From a candidate division CPR2 bacterium GW2011_GWC2_39_35 (GTDB taxonomy: Bacteria; Patescibacteriota; CPR2): a stretch of DNA of 60,585 nucleotides. The notes beneath the pieces were generated by a model. It did no database searches. It had not been told where the DNA came from and saw only the letters and a program-made list of their open reading frames with translations. The position numbers were made by a program, and so were the translations under genes. Positions within the stretch are counted from its first letter, which is position 1. The number at the start of each line of letters is the position of its first letter. The DNA is taken from NCBI GenBank assembly GCA_000995065.1, contig LBWX01000002.1, positions 1 through 60,585 of the forward strand. The letters are read 5' to 3'. Shown here piece after piece: positions 1-9,198 of the stretch.

Positions 1-1000
1 GTTGCCGCCAAATCTTGGTCTACCCCTTGATAGTTAATGGCAATGGTTGGAGTATCCGTCATGTCTTCATTAAAGACTGCTGTTACCCTTTGGGTGTCCG
101 CATCTCTCACTTTTCGGTTTAGGGAGTAGGTTAAATCTCCCGAATATCCGGGAGCCGTGTTATCAACCACAAAAGTATTGTTAGTCGCCTGAGTTGCCAA
201 GGCGTTTCCGGCGATGTCCGTGCCGGCGATGGTAATGGTGGCCGTGCCGTCATTGGCTGTCGGAATGTTAATGTCAAATGTCCAAACCGAGGCGTTGGCG
301 CCTTGGGTCATATTGGTTGCCGTAAGGTCCGACCCTGTACCGGCAAAGTCGATGGCGATTGTTGGATAGTTTGCCAAATCCTCAGAAAAGTTAGCGGTAA
401 CCGTTAGAGTATCGGCGTCTTTTACCTGATGATTAATAGAATAAGTAAGCGTTGTTGGATTATACACCGGAGCCGTATTGTCTACCGTAAAGGTGTTGTT
501 AGCCGCTTGAACTTCCAGGGCATTTCCGGCAATATCCGTGCCGGCAATAGCAATAGTAGCCATGCCGTCATTGTTTTCGCCGGATGGCACGTTTACGTTG
601 TAAGACCAAACACTGGCATTGGCTCCCTGAGTCATAGCAGTAGCGCTTAAGTCTTGATCAGCTCCGGCGTAATTGATGGCAATGGTTGGAGCGGAGGTTA
701 AATCCTCATTAAAGTTTGCCGTAACCGTTAGAGTGTCGGCGTCTTTTACGGCATGAATTATCCACCGTTACCCTTTGGCTGCCGTTACCGTCGTCATTAG
801 ACGTTACCGAATTTCCGGCCGCATCCGTAAGGATAACTTTGTAGGTATAGTTGCCGTCAGAAACAAAAGCCGCTAGGTCATCCTTGCCATTCCAAACGTC
901 TATTTGCGCCCCCTGCCCTCTAGATACGGCATTTACTAAAGTCCTCTTGAGGGTTAGACCCTCGTTAAAGATTTCTACCGTCACGGTTAGATTAGTGGCG
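1..1000 (-). repeat. Tandem Ig-like (about 108 aa, 324 bp period) domain repeats at the C-terminal part of the giant gene
   Basis: gtaaccgttagagt(a/g)tcggcgtcttttac occurs at 397 and 721. Translated units read VKDADTLTVTANF...GTDIAGNAL...NNTFTVDNTAP. Confidence 0.7.
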
Positions 1001-1419
1001 ACGTTATCCGAAATAGTGTAGTTAAGGCTTACATCATCCCTTCTTGTGTCAATTACCGAGGGCGAAAAAGGATCTAAAGAATCGGAAACAAGGGTAATTT
1101 CGGGATTAGTTTGATCGATGGTGATGGTATCGGTAGACGTTGCCTGATAGGCGATGTTTATATCTTGGATAATCGGCGTTGCCGAACCGTCAGAATTTAA
1201 TGTTGCCCGCCATCTTAAATCGCTTCCTCTGCCTGCCTCGGGAATAGTAAATTCTACTCCGGGCGTAACCGAATACCAATTAGTACCCCCGTTTGCAGTC
1301 ATTTCGTAAGTAATAGTCTGACCATTTAAAGTCTGGTTTGTTGTTAACGTTGCTTTGTAGATAGTGTCGGTAGTAGCGTTTAGTTTTATTGATTGGGCGA
1401 GCTTGGGAAATGTATAAAC

Positions 1420-2390
1420 TGGTCCCCACCCCCAAGTATCATTAACTAGTCCTGAGTCGGTAATTCCACCAAACAAAACTACTTTTTGGTTATAAATATC
1501 ATAAGCCATGGAAGATTCTTTCCTCCTAGCTGGTGATCCAGCGGCACCGTCAGCGGTCTTTTGAGTCCAGCTTGTACCATCCCATTCCCAAGTATCATTA
1601 ACTAGCCCTGCACAAAAACTAGCAGTACAGCCGCCAAATAAAAATGTTTTTTGACTCAAAGCATTATATGCTAAAGCATGGTACCCTCTTCTGGCTGGTG
1701 ATCCAGCGGCACCGTCAACGGTCTTTTGAGTCCAACTTGTACCATCCCATTCCCAAGTGTCGTTATTACGCGCTCCTCCTGCAGTAAACCCGCCAAATAA
1801 AACTGTTTTTTGACGATTAATATCATAGGCAATGCTTTGGCTGGTTGATCTTCTAGCTGGTGATCCAGCGGCACCGTCAGCGGTCTTTTGAGTCCAGCTT
1901 GTACCATCCCATTCCCAAGTGTCGTTAAAATAAGAACCGTTATACCCTCCAAACAAAACCGCTTTTTGACGCTGTGTATCATAAGCCATGGCGCCTGCAT
2001 ATCGCTTAGCCGGTGATCCGGCGGCACCGTCAGCTGTACGCTGTGTCCAACTGTTACCATCCCACTCCCAGGTGTCATTAAGATAAACAGAACCGGCGGA
2101 ATAGCCTCCAAAAAGCACTATTTTTTGACGCTGAGTATCATAAACCATGGAAGATTCTTTTCTTCTAGCTGGTGATCCGGCGGCACCGTCAGCGGTCTTT
2201 TGAGTCCAGCTTGTACCATCCCATTCCCAAGTGTCGTTTAATAAAGCTGACCCAGTTGCTTCTCCACCAAATATAACTACTTTTTGACTCTGTACGTCAT
2301 AAGTCATAGAAAAGCTCTTCCTCTTAGCCGGTGATCCGGCGGCACCGTCAGCGGTCTTTTGAGTCCAGCTTTCGGAAAATGGTAACTTAA
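1420..2390 (-). repeat. Six or seven Kelch-like blades with near-identical DNA cores
   Basis: Peptide NDTWEWDG(T/N)SWTQ(K/R)TADGAAGSPA(R/K)R...VLFGG repeats. The DNA word ggtgatccagcggcaccgtcagcggtcttttgagtccagcttgtaccatcccattcccaagt recurs about every 150-170 bp. Confidence 0.75.
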
Positions 2391-3859
2391 TCTCTCCACT
2401 TGTCCCATCCCAAATCGCCGTGGTTGCCCCGTCTTTATTATTAGTATTTGCAAAGGTGTCAAAATGACTGAACTGGTCGCTTACATTCCCGGCCGCATCC
2501 TTAAACCTGGCGTAAACTGTTTTTTCTCCGCCGCCGGCAAGTAAATTCCAGGAATGGTTGACCGTATCGTAGTCTAGCCAACCGGCATCAAGAATTGTGC
2601 CATCAGCATTGGTAGTCTTCCCCCAATCCGTGCCATTGTTACTAAACTGCATCTGCCCCGGAGTCATGCCGGATAGAGCATCCGTGGCCCCGCCGGCCTT
2701 TACGTTAACCTGAAAATCATTAGTATAATTATTACCGTCATTTATGGTAACCGTCCCGCCGGTTGGCGCGGCCGTATCCTTTAAAACCTTAAAGGCGTAT
2801 TCCGAAGAAACGGTTTCCCTTGCCGCATTGTCCACCACTTTTATCCAAACGTAATTCTCCCCGTCCTGCATGGCGCTCCACACGGCGGCGCTCAAAGACC
2901 AATCCGTGGTGTATGTATTGCCGGATAAATCCTGGTTTTTGGTCCAGACAAAGATAATGTTTTGGTCTACGGCCGTGGAGGCAGAAGTGGCCTGAATATA
3001 AAACTCTTTTAAACCCGAGCCAGAGTCGGCAAAGTCTACATTATAAGTGCCGGTATTGTCTTTATGATAAGTTGATTCATTGGACGCATGACTATTATGG
3101 TTGGGCTGTCCTGGGGGTAAGGTGTCGATGCCCACCGTCCAGGTGGAAGTAGACGCGGTTACGTTGCCGGCGTTATCCACCGCCTTTATCTGCCAGGTAT
3201 GGGTGCCGTCCGAAAGAGCGGCCGTTGGAGTAGTAGAAGTAACGGCATTAGAAATATTGTCTTTATCCAAACTGCCGTCTATAAACAACTGGTACTTAGC
3301 CATGCCGGAATAAGAATCGGACGAAGCGCCCCAAGAAAGGGTTGGATTATTAACCGTCTGCCAGGAATTATTAGCCGGCGTGGAAATATCAAAAGCAGCC
3401 GGGGCTGTTTGCAAATCGGAAAGAGTTGGGGTGTTAGCTCCATCGCCAACCAGTTCTAATCTTGTTTCAATTGTTTTAGTATTTGAAAAAGCAGATGACA
3501 AAGGAATGGTACCGGAATTGGAAGTTATTTCGTACCAAGTAGCGGTATTATCAGACGGATTTACATAGCCCGTGTCTCCGTTACCCCAATCATCAGCCGG
3601 ACGCACCTGGACTTTTATCTTATATGTGGCACCTATGCCACTGCCATTCCATTTTAAATTAAGCCATTTATATTTTTCGGGATTGGCTGGGTTCCCCATC
3701 CTAAGACCGGTACCGGTTGAGCCGAGAGTGCCGGAAGTTTGGAAAGTGGCCACAGGAGTAAACTGATGACTTGGAACAGTTGCTGAACCGTCTACCGGAC
3801 TACCGCCACTTCCTTTAACACCCCCGGACGATAGCGGCGTCCCACTAACTGCTGGCGCC

Positions 3860-4470
3860 TCAATTATAATTTGGCCGCCGCCGCCGCCGCCGCCGCCAGC
3901 CCAATTACCTCCACCATTACCACCAATAGCAGAAATATTATTAGCATTATTAACAGCGGTCTTACTAACAAGATAAACACTGCCACCGCTTCCGCCGCCG
4001 CCGCCACTACAATAAGTACCAGTACTGTTACCTCCCGCATTACCGTTAGCCAAAATATTACCATTTAATATTAAGTTTTCGGTTCGGACTTTAACTGCCC
4101 CGCCCCCGGATCCACCATTACCACCATTTTGGCCAGATGCAGCGCCACTGTCTCCTCCTCCCCCCCCGGAACCAAAAATACTGGTTGCATATCCATACGA
4201 AGAACCACCAAGAGCAACATCAGTAGTATAACAGCCAAAAGTACATCTTGTGCCGTTACCACCGCTACCCCCATAACCTCCGCCACTACCACTCCTATGA
4301 GTATGCGGCGTGGTGCCGATAGAGCCTATTCCTCCAATACCAGGACCATTACCATAACCATTTGTACCATTCGCAATACCACTACCAGGGAAAACGCCAC
4401 CATTACCGCCATTAAATCCTTTTCCCGAAGCATCAATTTTGCCTCCAACCTGTATGTCTAAAGTTCCCAT
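3860..4470 (-). repeat. Glycine-rich low-complexity segment (GGxGG runs, beta-helix-like) of the giant gene
   Basis: Translated GGNGGVFPGSG...GGNGGSGGGAVKV...NGNAGGNSTG...GGGGGSGGSVYL...GGNGGGNWAGGGGGGGGQIIIE. The antisense ORFs listed here are mirror artefacts. Confidence 0.6.
3874..3897. repeat. (GCC)8 trinucleotide microsatellite encoding Gly8 on the minus strand
   Basis: gccgccgccgccgccgccgccgcc read directly; corresponds to WAGGGGGGGGQ in ORF 709..4977. Confidence 0.9.
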
Positions 4471-5869
4471 TACTTTAAATTCGATTTTTACCCCAGATGC
4501 TGAACCAGATGGCCCATCAGTTGTTAAAATCCCTGTTCCGGTAATAGTAAAATTATTAAAATTAGGCACAGCCCCAGTTAATGGATTGTATGAACTAGCC
4601 CCGTGACCCAAATCTGTTTCATAAATTGTTTTAATAGTTTTAGAAGAAGAGAGGGTATAGTTACCATCAGCGCCAGTCCCTACATCTATACTTAAAGATT
4701 CAAGTTTCGTATCCCCCCCAGCTGTCAAATCAAGCTGGCTAGTTGTTGTCGCCGCCCCTTGGGTTGTGCCGTTCCAATCGGTTTGGGATGTAAATATCTT
4801 TGATGAAATATTCCCCGCATTATCCCTAAACCTCGCGTAAACGGTTTTTACTTCGTCGCCGGTGGGGATATTCCAATCCTGAAGCCCAACCCCATAAGCC
4901 AGCCAGCCGGGGTCTAAAATGGTGCCGTCAATATTAGTTGTCGATCCCCAATCCGTCCCGTTGTTAGAAAACTGCATCCACCTTAACGGCCGTAGCCTTG
5001 GCGTAAGTTGACGGGTTTAAACCGGTGGGGTCGGTTATGGTTATGGCCCCTCCGGACGGCGCAGTTTGCTCCACCGTAAAGTCGGTATTGTCGGCTCCGT
5101 TAAATTCCGTCCAAGTAGAAACTCTGGCAGCACTGTCTATAAGCCTTGAGCGCCACTTGTAAGTGGTGCTGGTTGGGAAATTAAGATCAAAAGTAACTTC
5201 TCCGTTTCCGCCTTCGGCGATGCCTGCATCAGTTGGACCATCATCTGTTTTACAAGCGCCATCAGTATTATATGGCGGACCACAAACAGCGTCATTCCAC
5301 ACATCAGCAGTCGGCCTTTTAAATTAGTGCCTTTAATTTTGATTTGGTTTTGATTTGTAAATCCCGTGCCCTTAGCGATAGCCGCATCATCATCCGCGCG
5401 ATGCTGGGAGATATAATTCTCCCCGCCGGAAGCCGTATCCTGAGGCGCGTCCATGGTGTTATAGGTAAGGGTTACGTTATCTAGGGTGGGCGTTGAGGTG
5501 CCGTCGGATTCCAACCGAACTAAAATTTCAAAATATTGTGCGGGAGAACTGGGCAGTCCGGATGCAGACATGGAAGTATAATGAAGCGGGGTCGGAGTAT
5601 TTTGCTGATCAGCATAAGTTTGGCCAAAATAATTATCCGTCCACGCCGTAGCAATATTGGCCACGTCAAAAGTGCCGCTCCGGCCGTAATAAGTCCAATT
5701 TGTTTTATTCGGCGAAGTCCGCACCAAAAACTTAACCGCCTCGCCCGTACTTAAAGCATTTTTAGTTGAAGTTATAGATTGAAAGTTTACATTTTCCGGA
5801 CTCGCCCCAAAATCTTTCCGCAACCCCACATCAGCAGCCCCAGTCCCGCCAAGGGAGCCGGGAGAAGTA

Positions 5870-6960
5870 AAGGTTTTACTAAGCTTTTCTACCCGCCACC
5901 GATTATTACCTAGACTGACATCATAGCCTGCTATATATAGCCCATCTCCACCCATTGCAATAGAATTGGCTTGATCAGAGCCAGTTGATGGATTGCTGGT
6001 ATATGTCCATTGGTTTTGGCCGGAGAAGTTTAACTTTTCCACTCGCCATTGGTTATTTCCTGGACTGATATCAATGCCGCCCACATAAAGACCATCGCTG
6101 CCGACGGCGATAGAGTTTGCAGAATCAAAACCGCCCGAAGGGTTACTGTTATATGTCCATTGGTTTTGGCCGGAGAAGTTTAATTTTTCCACTCGCCATC
6201 GGCTACTTCCTGAGATATCATAGCCGCCCACATAAAGACCATCGCTGCCGACGGCGATAGAGTTGGCCATATAAGCCGCAGTCGAAACATATGACCACTG
6301 GTTTTGGCCGGAGAGGTTTAACTTTTCCACCCGCCATTGTGGTGCGCCCATGAATCCACCGCCGCTACTTCCAGCTATATAAAGACCATCACTGCCAACG
6401 GCAATAGAACGCACCCCCTCATTACCCCCGTATGTTGAAGTTGTTGGGTTGTTGGTGTAAGTCCATTGGTGTTGGCCGGAGAAGTTTAGCTTTTCTACCC
6501 GCAACTGAAGATTGCCTAGGGTGCTCTGGTCGCTCCCGCCTATATAAATACCATCGCTGCCGACGGCGATTGCATAAAGAATATTTCCGCCATTGTTAGT
6601 TAAACTGTTATAAGCCCATTGTTGCTGGCCGGAAAAATTTAGTTTTTCTACCCGCCAACCAGATGAACCAACCCCACCCACATATATACCATCGCTGCCG
6701 ACGGCGATTGCGTACACTGTAGTAGAGCTAATATTATTAGTATAAGTCCACTGGTGCTGGCCGGAAAAATTTAGTTTTTCTACCCGCCACTGTGAAGCAA
6801 ATTGTCCTAACGCCTTATCAACCCCACCCACATATATACCATCGCTGCCTACAGCAACGGCAGTAGCATAATCGTCATAAGCCGTTGGATTGTTATTATA
6901 AGCAAAGGCAGCTGCTCCCGTATTACAACAAGCACCCGTTATGCCAACACTGCCGGCTGC
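5870..6960 (-). repeat. About nine tandem ~47-50 aa coding repeats, probably beta-propeller blades, inside the giant gene
   Basis: Recurrent peptide ...AIAVGSDG(I/L)YVGG...(Q/R)WRVEKLNFSGQxQWTY..., with a recurrent DNA word accatcgctgccgacggcgat at roughly 140-150 bp spacing. Confidence 0.7.
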
Positions 6961-7339
6961 TTGTATCTCCAAATTAGTCCGCGGATTCGTCTCCCAATCC
7001 GCATGACCGTCCGTTCCGCCGCTAACCGCATTATAATCAAAATCCGCCTGCGCGTCCCACGCAACAGTATGACTCCCCGCCTCCGCCATCCTCGGCTTGC
7101 CGGAAAAGTTAAAAGGGGAAATAAATTGCAGGGCCATAAAGGCTACAAAAGAAATACAAAAAGCATAAACAGAAGCTTTGTTTATAGAATGAGCGTAGGG
7201 CTTGGAATAGTATTTGTAGTAAGTTCTTTTCTTTTGAAAGGCATTATCGTGAAGTTTTCTAAATCTAATATGCAAAAAATACCGAATCTCCATAAAAAAC
7301 AACCGACCCAAATTCCAACGATAAACAATCCCCTTAAAA

Positions 7340-7373
7340 GGGTCTAACCCTTTTCTGGAGGGTTCGACCCTCC
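7340..7373. repeat. REP-like imperfect hairpin (GGGTCTAACCC / GGGTTCGACCC)
   Basis: Half-sites at 7340-7350 and 7361-7370 pair at 10/11 positions. Same word family as the hairpins flanking the RAYT gene. Lies just upstream of the preferred start of the giant gene. Confidence 0.6.
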
Positions 7374-7513
7374 CTGCGGGTTTACCAAATATCTTGTTAA
7401 ATATTTTTTTTATCATATCCCTTTGCACGCTCTTAATATCAACATTAACTCTATTCTATTGTATCCAAACAACCCTCGCCCCGCAAGCCCTTTTTAAAAA
7501 ATCCCAATACTCA

Positions 7514-7553
7514 AAAAGGGTTAGACCCTCCGGATGGAGGGTCTAACCCTTTT
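7514..7553. repeat. REP hairpin, perfect 18-bp arms
   Basis: AAAAGGGTTAGACCCTCC-GGAT-GGAGGGTCTAACCCTTTT, 4 nt from the stop of the RAYT gene. Confidence 0.85.
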
Positions 7554-7557
7554 CAAC

Positions 7558-8214
7558 TTAATCGATAGAAATATCCCCAATAATCATTTTGATATCTACT
7601 TTATCGGAAGCCATAAAATCAAAATAATTGCGATATGCCTTATTTTCATTATGACTAAGCATCTCCAAAATGAAATCAGTATTAAGCCAATTTGTCTTTC
7701 TTTTACCTAGGTAATCGTGAAGGCTTGAATAATCATAAGACGAAGCCTTGAGATCTAGATCTTTGGGATTTAAGTGAATATACCTTGAAACATGCAATAG
7801 GTACTCATCCGCTAAAACCGGAGCCGCCTTGTATGTACCTTGAAACAGAGAACCGACTCTATCATGGCGCTTATTAAAATACATGACGTAATTCGTAAGC
7901 AGTCCTCGCATAAATTCCGAAAGACCTTCGTCTCCTGTCTGACGAACCAACAGATGAAAATGGTTAGGCATCAAACAAAAGCAAAGCAGCTCAACCTCTC
8001 CATAAAACCTCCCCTTTTGAAGGGTCGAACCCTCCAGAAAAGGGTTAGACCCTTTTTCGGCATCTTCTTTTTTTAGGAGGTACATTTTTAAAATATAGAG
8101 GAACACCTTGTAATCTTTATCGTCAAGAAAAATATCCCTTTTTTCAACCCCGCGGTTAAAGATATGATAAGCTCCATTTTGTTCGAAGTTTTTAATCTTG
8201 TATTTAGCCGGCAT
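7558..8214 (-). CDS. IS200/Y1-type REP-associated tyrosine transposase (RAYT)
   Basis: HUH motif in LMPNHFHLLV and catalytic-Tyr region SRYIHLNP. N-terminus YHIFNRG is typical of the family. Flanked on both sides by REP hairpins. Confidence 0.8.
   Translation of the reverse strand: MPAKYKIKNFEQNGAYHIFNRGVEKRDIFLDDKDYKVFLYILKMYLLKKEDAEKGSNPFLEGSTLQKGRFYGEVELLCFCLMPNHFHLLVRQTGDEGLSEFMRGLLTNYVMYFNKRHDRVGSLFQGTYKAAPVLADEYLLHVSRYIHLNPKDLDLKASSYDYSSLHDYLGKRKTNWLNTDFILEMLSHNENKAYRNYFDFMASDKVDIKMIIGDISID
8019..8056. repeat. REP-like hairpin inside the RAYT coding sequence, in frame
   Basis: GAAGGGTCGAACCCTCC-AGAA-AAGGGTTAGACCCTTT with arms one mismatch from complementary. Encodes ...GSNPFLEGSTLQKGRF... 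just upstream of the HUH motif. Confidence 0.6.
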
Positions 8215-8254
8215 ATTTTTATGCTACTGCTAAATCCTATAAAACTCAAGCACC

Positions 8255-8292
8255 AAAGGGTCTAACCCTCCTACAGGAGGGTTAGACCCTTT
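8255..8292. repeat. REP hairpin, perfect 17-bp arms, opposite arm order to 7514-7553
   Basis: AAAGGGTCTAACCCTCC-TACA-GGAGGGTTAGACCCTTT, 41 nt upstream of the RAYT start. Confidence 0.85.
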
Positions 8293-8298
8293 TTGACT

Positions 8299-9168
8299 TT
8301 AAATGTATTTCTTTATTCTGGCTTGGCTTACTTTTTCTTTTACCCAGGTAGCGAAATCTTTTTGCTTTATAAGTATCTGTGAGAGATTGTATTTACCGCC
8401 TTTTTCGAAATTTAGCTTTAGGATCTGATACCCGTAAGAAGTTTTAACCACCTCTGAAACGCCGCCATCCTTAAGAGCTATGACCGCCTTTTGAGACTCG
8501 CCGGGGAGGGATTTAAGATCGACCTCCCCAAGGCCGCCACCTTTAGCGGCAGTAGATACATCCTGACTTTCTTTCTTTGCTAAATCTTCAAACTTAGTGC
8601 CGCTTTTTAGCTGTTTTAAAATCTCATCAGCCTTTGACTTAGCGCTATTATCCAATTCTCCCGAAGACACTAATTTTTCAGTTACTTTCTGTCTTAAAAT
8701 CTTAGGAGCTAAGTTGTAATTTTTAAACTCTGTTTCGGTATAGCCATAACTAGAAATTATTTCGCGAAGCTTATTTGTCTTATTTGCCCCTGCCATAGCC
8801 TCAAATTCTTTATTAATATCAGCCTCAATGACTTTTACACCAAATTTTTCAGCTTCGGCATCAATAACTTTTTCTTCAATTAATTGATCTAGCACTTGCT
8901 TCTCGATGGCCTCGGTTCTCTTTTTTCCTTCGTCACCATCAAAGCCAATCTCTTGCATTTCTTTTTGATACTTAATCTGGGCATTTACCCGATGTTGAAA
9001 ATCAGAGCGACTTACAAACCGGCCATTAACTCGAGCTATACTATTTAACCTCAAAAAAGCAGCAACACTAATAAATAAGACTAAAATTACAGCCAGAATA
9101 CCAAGCGGAATAAAGATCTTTTTATCCAATTTTATTTTTGCGGCTTTTTCTTTTATTTTATTTTTCAT
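8299..9168 (-). CDS. Membrane-anchored parvulin-type peptidyl-prolyl isomerase (PrsA/SurA-like)
   Basis: N-terminal TM helix. C-terminal parvulin-like stretch FEDLAKKESQD...GGGLGEV...GYQILKL. ATG 9168 is preceded by GGAGG. Confidence 0.7.
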   Translation of the reverse strand: MKNKIKEKAAKIKLDKKIFIPLGILAVILVLFISVAAFLRLNSIARVNGRFVSRSDFQHRVNAQIKYQKEMQEIGFDGDEGKKRTEAIEKQVLDQLIEEKVIDAEAEKFGVKVIEADINKEFEAMAGANKTNKLREIISSYGYTETEFKNYNLAPKILRQKVTEKLVSSGELDNSAKSKADEILKQLKSGTKFEDLAKKESQDVSTAAKGGGLGEVDLKSLPGESQKAVIALKDGGVSEVVKTSYGYQILKLNFEKGGKYNLSQILIKQKDFATWVKEKVSQARIKKYI

Positions 9169-9198
9169 CTGAGCCTCCAAACTATTTAAAAACTTAAA

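Larger units (their letters stand above)
1..7293 (-). pseudogene. Giant (>2400 codon) cell-surface repeat protein. Architecture: TM anchor, beta-propeller-like repeats, Gly-rich beta-helix-like region, Kelch-like blades, Ig-like tandem domains. Frame broken near 5317-5320, 4975-4982 and 760-770. The 3' end runs off the left edge.
   Basis: ORFs 5137..7428, 4964..5302, 709..4977 and an unlisted open minus-strand frame 1..~770 are contiguous. Each junction cuts through a recognisable domain, and the peptide after each junction is junk (e.g. ...VTVDNSCRKRRRHSNGYGKL). The likely start is ATG 7293 (MEIRYF..., followed by hydrophobic VYAFCISFVAFMALQFI). Starting at 7428 would translate a REP hairpin. 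Confidence 0.7.

Noticed and set aside
429-4461. Plus- and minus-strand ORFs overlapping the giant gene: 429..650, 1671..2111, 3101..3766, 3864..4064, 3871..4068, 4071..4292 and 4129..4461. This includes a poly-Ala ORF.
   Set aside because: They lie antisense or out of frame to a strongly supported repeat-domain reading frame. Their low-complexity content (poly-A/V/L, T/S runs) is the mirror of the GGC/GGT glycine repeats. None has an SD.
1-7000. Periodic repeats as a CRISPR array or as DGR template/variable repeats.
   Set aside because: The repeats are in-frame protein domains (324 bp and ~150-170 bp periods) with no unique spacers. There is no reverse transcriptase gene in the window, and differences between copies are not adenine-specific.
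7357-7373. REP arm GGAGGGTTCGACCCTCC resembling a tRNA T-arm.
   Set aside because: The loop is too short. There is no acceptor, D or anticodon arm around it, and the same word is part of the REP family. No tRNA gene was found anywhere in the window.
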